In this document: piece after piece, positions 9,498 through 17,257 of the stretch
How positions within the stretch are numbered: the first letter of the stretch is position 1
Layout: each line of letters begins with the position of its first letter
Source of the DNA: an uncultured Clostridia bacterium
GTDB lineage: Bacteria > Bacillota > Clostridia > Christensenellales > UBA1242
DNA length: 64,000 nt
NCBI GenBank assembly: GCA_947588355.1
Contig: CANPYI010000004.1
Coordinates: forward strand, 1,244-65,243
Reading direction: 5' to 3'
Made by a program: the position numbers and the translations under genes
Notes under the pieces: generated by a model
Database searches by the model: none
The model's input: only the letters and a program-made list of their open reading frames with translations
Told to the model about the DNA's origin: nothing

Positions 9498-10406
9498 TCA
9501 ATTTTCTTTCAATTTATGTTGTTTTTTCAAGTAATTTTCAAAATATTCTGGAAGTTTTGCCTCAAAAGTCATAGTTTTGTTGGTTTTTGGATGTGTGAAG
9601 GTCAATCTGAACGCGTGCAACAGTTGACCGTCAAGACCTTTCACCTCATGACCATACAACTTGTCGCCAACAACAGGATGATGGATATATTTTGCATGCA
9701 CTCTGATCTGATGTGTTCGCCCCGTTTCAAGCGAAAACAACACCAAACAACACTTTTCAAATCTTTCAACAACTTTAAAATGCGTGATTGCCAGCCTTCC
9801 GCTATCCTGAACACTGATTTTTTTTCGTTCTTTCGGGTCACGTTTTAAAAAAGTTTCGATTGTGCCTTCACTTTCTGGCAAATTTCCTTCCAAAACAGCC
9901 AAATAATCACGCTTTGCGCTTTTTTCTTTAATTTGTTTTGCCAAAGACTGATGTGCAAAATCGTTTTTTGCAATCACCAAAAGCCCGCTCGTGTCTTTGT
10001 CAAGTCTGTGAACAATTCCCGGTCTCAAAACACCATTTATACCACTAAGATCTTTGATATGAAAAAGAAGTGCATTCACAAGTGTGCCACTTCTGGTTGA
10101 ACTGCACGGGTGCACAACAAGTCCTTGTGGTTTGTTCACAACTGCCAAGTCTTCGTCTTGATAGACAATTTCTATAGGAATGTTTTCCGCTTCAGTGGAA
10201 ATTTTTTCAGGTTCTTTTGCTTCAACACTTATTTTTTGACCAACTTTAAGCAAAAAACCGGCTTTTTTGACGCTTTTGTCATCAATTTGAACAAGTCCAC
10301 TCTCGATAAGGCTTTTTATGTGCGAACGAGTGAAATTCGGAAATTTTGACATCAAAAAAATATCAAGCCTTTCGCCCTTTTCAGTTGAAACAAAGTTTTG
10401 CGTCAT
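9498..10406 (-). CDS. rluD: 23S rRNA pseudouridine synthase, RluD/RluA family
   Basis: S4-like N-terminus plus catalytic motif HRLDKDTSGLLV. Confidence 0.9.
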   Translation of the reverse strand: MTQNFVSTEKGERLDIFLMSKFPNFTRSHIKSLIESGLVQIDDKSVKKAGFLLKVGQKISVEAKEPEKISTEAENIPIEIVYQDEDLAVVNKPQGLVVHPCSSTRSGTLVNALLFHIKDLSGINGVLRPGIVHRLDKDTSGLLVIAKNDFAHQSLAKQIKEKSAKRDYLAVLEGNLPESEGTIETFLKRDPKERKKISVQDSGRLAITHFKVVERFEKCCLVLFSLETGRTHQIRVHAKYIHHPVVGDKLYGHEVKGLDGQLLHAFRLTFTHPKTNKTMTFEAKLPEYFENYLKKQHKLKEN

Positions 10407-10418
10407 TTTTGCTCCTCG

Positions 10419-10928
10419 TCATTTTTTTTCATCTTTTGATTTGCCTTTATTCTTAAAGAAATAGATTGAAAGATAAACAACAAACAACACTACTCCGATT
10501 GTCAACGCAACATCTGCAAAATTGAAAATAGGAAAACTAGGCCAAAAAGCAAACTGAACAAAATCTCTGACATATCCAAGAAAAATTCTGTCATAAAGGT
10601 TGCCCAAACATCCGCCAATCAAAAAACCAAAAGTTATATTAAGTAGCCAAGTTTTGTTTTTTTCTTTTATATAATAGAAAATAAAAATAGCCAAAAAAAC
10701 GAAAGAAAGTGCAATCAAAAACAACTGTTTTCCTTGCAAAATCCCCCATGCAGCGCCCATATTTTTCACAAATTTAAAACTGAACAAATATGGAATGACA
10801 GTAAGCACATCGCCACTTTCAAGTCTTGCTTCAAAAACATATTTTGTCACCAAGTCCAATACCAAAATGGCAACAATAATTGCCAGCATAACAGAAAATC
10901 TTATCCAAAATTGCTTTTTCACTTTCAC
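10419..10928 (-). CDS. lspA: lipoprotein signal peptidase II
   Basis: 4-TM protein with VKNMGAAWG and FNFADV motifs. Confidence 0.9.
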   Translation of the reverse strand: MKVKKQFWIRFSVMLAIIVAILVLDLVTKYVFEARLESGDVLTVIPYLFSFKFVKNMGAAWGILQGKQLFLIALSFVFLAIFIFYYIKEKNKTWLLNITFGFLIGGCLGNLYDRIFLGYVRDFVQFAFWPSFPIFNFADVALTIGVVLFVVYLSIYFFKNKGKSKDEKK

Positions 10929-10934
10929 TCCAAA

Positions 10935-11300
10935 TTATTCCCTTTCAAGTTCCATATTTTTCGGTAAAAAGATTATCAAATTTTTGTCAACTTGTTCTTC
11001 CGAGGCGCCCAAAACATCAATCACACCATGAAAATAGTCCAAAATTTTGTTTTTTTCATATCCGCTACATGCCCTAAAATCCACAAAGAAAGGTGTATTT
11101 TTCTTCAATAATTCAATTTTATCCTTTATTTCCTCAAAAGTTTCTGGATAAAAAACTTTAACTCCATCAATTTCATCTGGCAATTTTTGTGAAATTTTAA
11201 GATTGTAAGATGCTTTTGGCGTGGTGTTTTTCTTTTTGACAACTTTCACATCGTCACCCTCAAAGCCAAAAACCCTGTAAATATAGTCCATGAAACTCAT
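10935..11300 (-). CDS. sepF: SepF-like cell division protein (DUF552)
   Basis: 121 aa. N-terminal amphipathic MSFMDYIYRVFGF and a C-terminal SepF-like core (VFYPETFEEIKDKIELLKKNTPFFVDF). Confidence 0.65.
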   Translation of the reverse strand: MSFMDYIYRVFGFEGDDVKVVKKKNTTPKASYNLKISQKLPDEIDGVKVFYPETFEEIKDKIELLKKNTPFFVDFRACSGYEKNKILDYFHGVIDVLGASEEQVDKNLIIFLPKNMELERE

Positions 11301-11447
11301 ATTTCACCTCTTGTATAAAAATATATCACAATTTTCAATAAAAAACAAAATAAAAACTAATACTTAGCAGTTATTTTTATTTTCAACTAAGTCACAGAAT
11401 AATATTTTGTGAGAATAGCGAACTCTTGCGAAATGAAATTGAGCAAC

Positions 11448-11477
11448 AAAAAAAGACTGAAATATCAGTCTTTTTTT
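11448..11477. terminator. intrinsic terminator, repeat unit A
   Basis: A7-agactga-aata-tcagtct-T7. Confidence 0.7.
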
Positions 11478-11592
11478 GTATTATTATTCGATGACAAGAA
11501 GTGCGAGTTTGCTTGCAAGAACAAGCACGACGAAGTCACGGGGAGATAATGCGTGAGCGAACTGCGAACAATTGCGAATGAAAATGAGCAAT

Positions 11593-11619
11593 AAAAAAAG
11601 ACCTTGCGGTCTTTTTTTT
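11593..11619. terminator. intrinsic terminator, repeat unit B
   Basis: A7-gacc-ttgc-ggtc-T8. Confidence 0.7.
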
Positions 11620-11731
11620 GTATTATTGTTCGATGACAAGAAGTGCGATTTTATACATTTATGCACAAGAACGAGCACGACGAAGTCATATATAACAAAA
11701 CTTTCGCGAAGTGAAAATCGCCTTTGGCAAT

Positions 11732-11761
11732 AAAAAAAGATTGCAAACGCAATCTTTTTTT
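11732..11761. terminator. intrinsic terminator directly after tuf, repeat unit C
   Basis: A7-gattgc-aaac-gcaatc-T7, 8 nt from the tuf stop. Confidence 0.8.
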
Positions 11762-11768
11762 AGTTTTG

Positions 11769-12971
11769 TTATTCTATTATTTGAGAAACAACACCAGAGC
11801 CAACTGTTCTGCCACCTTCACGGATAGCGAAACGAAGTCCTTGTTCGATAGCAATCTCTTTTGAAAGTTCGATTGTCATCTTAACATTGTCGCCTGGCAT
11901 AACCATTTCAACGCCTTGTGGAAGTTCGATTGTTCCAGTAACGTCAGTTGTACGGAAATAGAATTGTGGACGATATCCATTGAAGAATGGTGTGTGACGT
12001 CCACCTTCTTCCTTCTTCAAAACGTAAACTTCGGCAGCAAATTTTGTATGTGGGTGAATTGAACCTGGTTTGCAAAGAACTTGTCCTCTTTCGATTTCAT
12101 TTCTTTGAATACCACGAAGAAGAATGCCGACATTGTATCCTGCGATACCTTCATCAACAGTCTTTCTGAACATTTCAACACCAGTAACAACTGTTTGTTT
12201 CTTTGCGCCCATACCAACGATTTCAACAACGTCGTTGATCTTAACTTTTCCTCTTTCGATTCTTCCTGTTGCAACAGTTCCACGTCCTGTAATTGTGAAG
12301 ACGTCTTCAACTGGCATCAAGAAAGGTTTGTCAGTGTCACGAACTGGGTCTGGGATATAAGAATCAAGAGCATCAAGAAGTTGTTCGATGCATGTGCAAG
12401 CAGGGTCATTGATATTTCCAGCTTGAGCGGCTTCCAAAGCCTTCAAAGCAGAGCCTTTGATGATTGGAGTTTTGTCTCCTGGGAATCCATATTCTGTCAA
12501 AAGGTCACGGATTTCCATTTCAACAAGGTCAAGAAGTTCTGGATCATCAACTTGATCAGTTTTGTTCATGAAAACAACGATATAAGGAACGCCAACCTGT
12601 CTTGCAAGCAAGATGTGTTCACGTGTCTGAGGCATTGGACCATCAGTTGCAGCAACAACAAGGATTGCTCCGTCCATCTGAGCGGCACCAGTGATCATGT
12701 TTTTAACATAGTCAGCGTGTCCCGGGCAGTCAACGTGTGCATAGTGACGTTTGTCTGTTTGATACTCAACGTGTGCAGTGTTGATTGTGATTCCGCGCGC
12801 TTTTTCCTCTGGCGCTTTATCGATTTCGTCATATCTCATTTTTTGAGCATAACCCTTTGCAGCCTGATACATTGTGATGGCAGCAGTAAGGGTTGTTTTA
12901 CCATGGTCAACGTGTCCGATTGTTCCTACATTGACATGGAGTTTGGTGTTATCATATTTTCCAACAGCCAT
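11769..12971 (-). CDS. tuf: elongation factor Tu
   Basis: 400 aa with [17 protein letters not shown] and NKTD motifs. Confidence 0.98.
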   Translation of the reverse strand: MAVGKYDNTKLHVNVGTIGHVDHGKTTLTAAITMYQAAKGYAQKMRYDEIDKAPEEKARGITINTAHVEYQTDKRHYAHVDCPGHADYVKNMITGAAQMDGAILVVAATDGPMPQTREHILLARQVGVPYIVVFMNKTDQVDDPELLDLVEMEIRDLLTEYGFPGDKTPIIKGSALKALEAAQAGNINDPACTCIEQLLDALDSYIPDPVRDTDKPFLMPVEDVFTITGRGTVATGRIERGKVKINDVVEIVGMGAKKQTVVTGVEMFRKTVDEGIAGYNVGILLRGIQRNEIERGQVLCKPGSIHPHTKFAAEVYVLKKEEGGRHTPFFNGYRPQFYFRTTDVTGTIELPQGVEMVMPGDNVKMTIELSKEIAIEQGLRFAIREGGRTVGSGVVSQIIE

Positions 12972-13060
12972 TTTAAAAATCTCCTTTAATTTTATTACTC
13001 TGATAGTTTATCACATATTTTTTGAAATTCAAAACAAAATTTGAAAGTTTTTCAAAAAAT

Positions 13061-15133
13061 TTATTGTTTTTTTCTTGCTCCGACAATTCCTTCGGCGATA
13101 TTTTTTGGAACTTCGTTATATTTCAAAAATTCCATAGTGAAAGTTCCGCGTCCTTGTGTTTGAGAACGAAGGTCTGTGGCATAGCCAAACATTTCTCCAA
13201 GTGGCACTTCGGCATTGACAACTTGCACGCCTGGACGTGTTTCGTTTCCTGTCAAAATTCCACGACGAGAAGTGAGGTTGCCCATAACCGTTCCAAGATA
13301 GTCATCTGGAACTTCAACCTGCACTTTCATAATAGGTTCCAAAAGCACAGGATTTGCCTTTGCAGCGCCGTCTTTGAACGCCATAGAGCCGGCAATCTTA
13401 AATGCCATTTCAGATGAGTCGACTTCGTGATAAGAGCCGTCAATAACTGTAACTTTAAAGTCCACAGTTTCGTATCCTGCAACGACACCTGTCTTGCTTG
13501 CTTCTTGAATTCCGTTGTTGATTGGTTGAATATATTCTTTTGGAATAGAGCCACCAACGGTCTTGTCTTCAAATTGATATCCAGAGCCTGGTGCAAGAGG
13601 TTCGATGTCGATGATACAATGACCATACTGACCTTTACCACCGCTTTGACGGATAAATTTGCCTTCTGCACGAGTTGCCTTTCTGATAGTTTCTTTGTAA
13701 GCAACTTGAGGTTTACCTACATTTGCTTCCACCTTAAATTCACGCAAAAGTCTGTCAACGATGATTTCAAGGTGAAGTTCGCCCATACCGGCAATAATTG
13801 TTTGTCCAGTTTCTTGATCAGTGTAAGTTTTGAAAGTTGGATCTTCTTCTGCAAGTTTGATAAGTGCAAGCACCATCTTTTCTTGCATAAGTTTTGTTTT
13901 AGGCTCGATAGCAACGCGAATAACTGGGTCTGGGAATTCCATGCTTTCCAAAACGATAGGATGCTTTTCGTCACAGAGGGTTTCGCCGGTGATTGTGTCT
14001 TTAAGACCTACGATAGCGGCGATGTCGCCTGCTCCAACCTCTTTGATTTCTTCACGTTGATTGGCGTGCATACGAATAAGTCGTCCAACACGTTCTTTTT
14101 CGCCCTTATTTGAGTTGTAAACATAAGAGCCGGCAGTCAGTTTTCCGGAATAAACACGGAAGAACGCCAATCTTCCAACAAATGGGTCAGTCATAATCTT
14201 AAATGCAAGTCCGGCAAATGGAGCGTCCTCACTTGGAGCACGAGTTTCAGTTTGCTCTGTTTCTGGGTTTACACCTTCAATGTGGTCAATATCCAATGGA
14301 CTTGGCAAGTATTCAACCATGCAGTCCAAAAGCATCTGAACACCTTTGTTTTTGTAAGAAGAACCGCAAATTACAGGCACGATTTCACGAGAAATTGTTG
14401 CCTTGCGAAGTGCTTTTTTAAGTTCGTCAACACTTATTTCTTCGCCCTCAAAATATCTTTCAAGCAAAGCATCGTCTGTTTCAACGATTTTTTCGACCAT
14501 TTCATTGTGAAGTTGTTCTGCCTTAGCCTTATACTCCTGCGGAATTTCTTCAACATCAATTTTTGTGCCGAGGTCATCTTCATAAACCTCCGCTTTCATT
14601 GTCATAAGGTCAATAATTCCTGCAAAAGAATCTGCCTCACCAATTGGCATTTGAATTGCCAGTGGGTTTGTCTTCAATCTTTCGCGAATTGATTCAACAC
14701 AGCCATAAAAGTCGGCAGCATCACGGTCCATTTTGTTGACATAGATGATTGTTGGAACTTTGTACTTTGTGGATTGACGCCAAACAGTTTCTGTTTGAGG
14801 TTGCACCTTGTCACGAGCAGAAAGCACCAAAACCGCACCATCAAGCACTTTCAGTGAACGTTCAACTTCAACAGTAAAGTCAACGTGTCCCGGAGTGTCG
14901 ATAATGTTGATTTTGTGGCCTTTCCAATGACAGGTTGTGCAAGCAGAAGTGATTGTGATACCACGTTCCTGTTCCTGTGCCATCCAGTCCATAGTTGCCT
15001 CACCATCATGCACTTCACCGATTTTGTGGTTTTTGCCGGTGTAGAACAAGATACGTTCTGTTGTAGTGGTTTTTCCGGCATCAATATGAGCCATGATTCC
15101 GACATTTCTGGTAAGTTCAAGATTTGTAGCCAT
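13061..15133 (-). CDS. fusA: elongation factor G
   Basis: 690 aa with AHIDAGKTT and DTPGHVDF motifs. Confidence 0.98.
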   Translation of the reverse strand: MATNLELTRNVGIMAHIDAGKTTTTERILFYTGKNHKIGEVHDGEATMDWMAQEQERGITITSACTTCHWKGHKINIIDTPGHVDFTVEVERSLKVLDGAVLVLSARDKVQPQTETVWRQSTKYKVPTIIYVNKMDRDAADFYGCVESIRERLKTNPLAIQMPIGEADSFAGIIDLMTMKAEVYEDDLGTKIDVEEIPQEYKAKAEQLHNEMVEKIVETDDALLERYFEGEEISVDELKKALRKATISREIVPVICGSSYKNKGVQMLLDCMVEYLPSPLDIDHIEGVNPETEQTETRAPSEDAPFAGLAFKIMTDPFVGRLAFFRVYSGKLTAGSYVYNSNKGEKERVGRLIRMHANQREEIKEVGAGDIAAIVGLKDTITGETLCDEKHPIVLESMEFPDPVIRVAIEPKTKLMQEKMVLALIKLAEEDPTFKTYTDQETGQTIIAGMGELHLEIIVDRLLREFKVEANVGKPQVAYKETIRKATRAEGKFIRQSGGKGQYGHCIIDIEPLAPGSGYQFEDKTVGGSIPKEYIQPINNGIQEASKTGVVAGYETVDFKVTVIDGSYHEVDSSEMAFKIAGSMAFKDGAAKANPVLLEPIMKVQVEVPDDYLGTVMGNLTSRRGILTGNETRPGVQVVNAEVPLGEMFGYATDLRSQTQGRGTFTMEFLKYNEVPKNIAEGIVGARKKQ

Positions 15134-15225
15134 AATATCTTTTTCCTTTTAATAAATTTGTCTATTTTTTAAGGAAATAAACATAAAAAACCTTGGTTAT
15201 TTCCAATTAAAATACTCAAGTAAAG

Positions 15226-15251
15226 TTTTGCAAGGCGAAAAGGAGTTTGTG
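15226..15251. repeat. 26-nt direct repeat, copy 1 (ttttgcaaggcgaaaaggagtttgtg)
   Basis: 25/26 identical to 15460-15485, 234 nt away. Confidence 0.8.
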
Positions 15252-15459
15252 ACATATTTTTGCTCTCAACGCCCCACTTCGCAAGAGGAGTCGCCGCAAA
15301 ACCGCCAATGAAATGCGGTTTTCGTTTGGCGGCGAAGTGGTGAGGCAAGCGTCAAGGCGATGCTTTTGTAATCCTCTTCAAAATTTTAATAGTGAAAGGA
15401 CTTTGTCCGCTCTTTAAAATTTTGAAGCCCTTTGGCCGCCAGCAAAATGTCCAGCGGAA

Positions 15460-15485
15460 TTTTGCAAGGCGAAAAGGGGTTTGTG
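15460..15485. repeat. 26-nt direct repeat, copy 2 (ttttgcaaggcgaaaaggggtttgtg)
   Basis: 25/26 identical to 15226-15251. Confidence 0.8.
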
Positions 15486-15556
15486 GGGAAAACGAATTTT
15501 AGGCGTTAGGAAAACCCTGTTTTCCGTGTCGCCGTTAAGAAATTCTAGTTGTCCCC
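15485..15556. ncRNA. conserved multi-stem hairpin motif, copy 1 (candidate structured RNA or REP-like element)
   Basis: Identical blocks TTTTAGGCGTTAGG (15497-15510) and CCGTGTCGCCGT (15524-15535) flank an inner stem ggaaaac/gttttcc. Outer pairings gaattt/aaattc and gggga/tcccc. Ends 5 nt from the rpsG stop. A second copy is at 54528-54614. Confidence 0.4.
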
Positions 15557-15562
15557 GCACGC

Positions 15563-16036
15563 TTACCACTTGTAGTGTGCAAACGCTTTGTTTGCTTCGG
15601 CCATTCTGTGCATTTCGTCACGTTTTTTGATAGATGCACCAGTGTTGTTGTATGCATCTATAAGTTCGCCTGCAAGTTTTTCGTCCATGTTGCGTTCGCC
15701 AGTTCTTTTTCTTGCATTGTTCACAATCCATCTGATTGCAAGAGTTTGACGACGTTCTGGGCGGATTTCCATAGGCACTTGATAAGTTGCACCGCCAACA
15801 CGACGACCTTTTGTTTCAAGCATAGGCTTAACATTTTCAATTGCTGTCAAACAAACATCAAGTGGTTCAAGACTTGTCTTTTCTTTTACAATATCAAAAG
15901 AGCCATAGACAATTCTTTGTGCAAGACCTTTTTTACCGCTCATCATAACTTGGTTGATAAGTTTTGTCACAACTTTGTTGTTGTAAATTGGATCTGGCAA
16001 AACATCTTTTTTGACAGCACTATTTCTTCTTGGCAT
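15563..16036 (-). CDS. rpsG: 30S ribosomal protein S7
   Basis: 157 aa, canonical S7 sequence. Confidence 0.97.
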   Translation of the reverse strand: MPRRNSAVKKDVLPDPIYNNKVVTKLINQVMMSGKKGLAQRIVYGSFDIVKEKTSLEPLDVCLTAIENVKPMLETKGRRVGGATYQVPMEIRPERRQTLAIRWIVNNARKRTGERNMDEKLAGELIDAYNNTGASIKKRDEMHRMAEANKAFAHYKW

Positions 16037-16075
16037 TGGTTTATCTCCTTTTAAGTAAATTTATGTTAGTTGGTT

Positions 16076-16456
16076 TTATTTCCCCGATTTTGGTCTTTTT
16101 GCGCCATATTTAGAGCGTCCTTGTTTGCGGTTTGCAACGCCGGCTGTATCCAAAGTTCCTCTGATGATGTGATAACGCACACCAGGAAGGTCCTTCACAC
16201 GTCCGCCACGAACAAGCACAACACTGTGTTCCTGCAAATTGTGTCCAATTCCTGGGATATAGCAAGTTCCTTCTTGGCCATTTGAAAGTTTGACTCTGGC
16301 AATCTTACGAAGAGCAGAGTTTGGCTTTTTTGGAGTGGCAGTTCTCACTGAAAGGCAAACACCACGTTTTTGTGGGCATTCTTCCAAAAGAGGTGCTTTC
16401 TTTTTCTTTTCAAATGTTTTGCGACCATTTCTTACAAGTTGGTTGAATGTAGGCAT
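16076..16456 (-). CDS. rpsL: 30S ribosomal protein S12
   Basis: 126 aa with the [10 protein letters not shown] motif. Confidence 0.97.
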   Translation of the reverse strand: MPTFNQLVRNGRKTFEKKKKAPLLEECPQKRGVCLSVRTATPKKPNSALRKIARVKLSNGQEGTCYIPGIGHNLQEHSVVLVRGGRVKDLPGVRYHIIRGTLDTAGVANRKQGRSKYGAKRPKSGK

Positions 16457-16710
16457 TTTGTACTCCTTTTAAGCTGCTTTTGCAACAAATTTCAGTTTTA
16501 AATCATGCTTGGATTTGTCTTCTTTTATAAAAAAGATGACGCGAAAATGTTTTCGCGCCATGAAAAATGCTTTTTAACGAAACATGAACAACACAATCAC
16601 TTTTGTGACTTTGAAAGAAATCTCTTTCAAATCGGTGAAACACTTTGGTCACCTGTTGTTTGTTTATGCTTTTTTCAAAGCACTGTTTCCGACAACGAAA
16701 CACAGTGCTT

Positions 16711-16739
16711 ATTATACATACAAATATCCTCTATGTCAA
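16711..16739 (-). promoter_or_regulatory. sigma-A type promoter of the str operon
   Basis: Minus strand TTGACA-17 nt-TATAAT, perfect consensus, ~250 nt upstream of the rpsL ATG. Confidence 0.65.
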
Positions 16740-16801
16740 GTGTTTTTTTTAAATCTTTTTCAAATGTTTTTATTCTTGTAAAATCCATAGAAAAAAAACT
16801 T

Positions 16802-17206
16802 TTACAGTCCGCCAGAAATTTTGAATCCAGACACATCAAAAATTGGCTTTGATTTTTTTCTTTTAACCTTGTCATTCCATTCACCACTTGCAGCAAGTGT
16901 GTGATGATTTGGACAAGGAATCATTGGAGGAGGTGGATTTTGCGGCAAATCACTCTTTTTGCCGGCAGATTTGATTGCGCCCATCAGTGTTGACTTTTCC
17001 CTGTCCTCTTTTTGTTTTTCTTTTATGTATTCCCTATATTTAGGATTTGGAATTTTGTTTGTGCATCCAAATTTGCTTGGCAACAAAATAGACTTGCCAT
17101 AAGTTTCAATCGCTTCCAAAATCACCATAAGGTTTTCGTCAAATCCAGAAGCAATCCTGTGCAATGGTTTCATCTTTTTGTGACAAACAGGACAAATTGG
17201 TGCCAT
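16802..17206 (-). CDS. hypothetical protein (N-terminal CPVC, central K/E-rich and proline-rich segments)
   Basis: Internal Met MAPICPVCHKK behind a GGAGAG RBS; follows ligA on the same strand. No family recognised. Confidence 0.55.
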   Translation of the reverse strand: MAPICPVCHKKMKPLHRIASGFDENLMVILEAIETYGKSILLPSKFGCTNKIPNPKYREYIKEKQKEDREKSTLMGAIKSAGKKSDLPQNPPPPMIPCPNHHTLAASGEWNDKVKRKKSKPIFDVSGFKISGGL

Positions 17207-17257
17207 AAAAATCTCTCCAATTATTATTGTATCATATTTTAACAAAAAACACAATAT

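Larger units (their letters stand above)
11405..11768. repeat. tandem ~140-bp repeat (two full units plus a partial one), each ending in a bidirectional intrinsic terminator
   Basis: Units share ...ttgcgaaRtgaaaWtgagcaaY-A7-hairpin-T7-gtattattRttcgatgacaagaagtgcga...gcacgacgaagtca. Terminator starts are spaced 145 and 139 nt. Confidence 0.75.
15134..15562 (-). other. abnormally long, GC-richer, highly structured rpsG-fusA intercistronic region
   Basis: 429 nt where a few tens of nt are usual. A 20-bp three-tier hairpin at 15274-15340, a 14-bp perfect stem at 15376-15389/15414-15427 enclosing ggac-ttt-gtcc, and internal 26-nt direct repeats. No credible ORF. Confidence 0.6.

Noticed and set aside
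11484-11678. 64-aa ORF in the tuf-sepF spacer.
   Set aside because: It reads across two copies of the tandem repeat and through terminator B. It has no RBS and is an artefact of the repeat.
11405-11768. Considered whether the tuf-downstream repeats or any other region is a CRISPR array.
   Set aside because: The period is ~140 bp with repeated, non-unique inter-hairpin sequence. There is no 25-40-nt repeat/spacer alternation and there are no cas genes anywhere in the window.
12081-12989. Long antisense ORFs inside highly conserved genes. Examples: 12081..12989 in tuf, 13427..14113 in fusA, 24128..24958 in dnaJ, 35606..36316 in the lipoprotein gene, 47689..48465 across sigE/spoIIGA, 48966..49922 in ftsZ.
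   Set aside because: Each lies entirely opposite a confidently identified gene. Each has a low-complexity F/C/S/N-rich translation typical of the reverse strand of AT-rich coding DNA, and none has an RBS.
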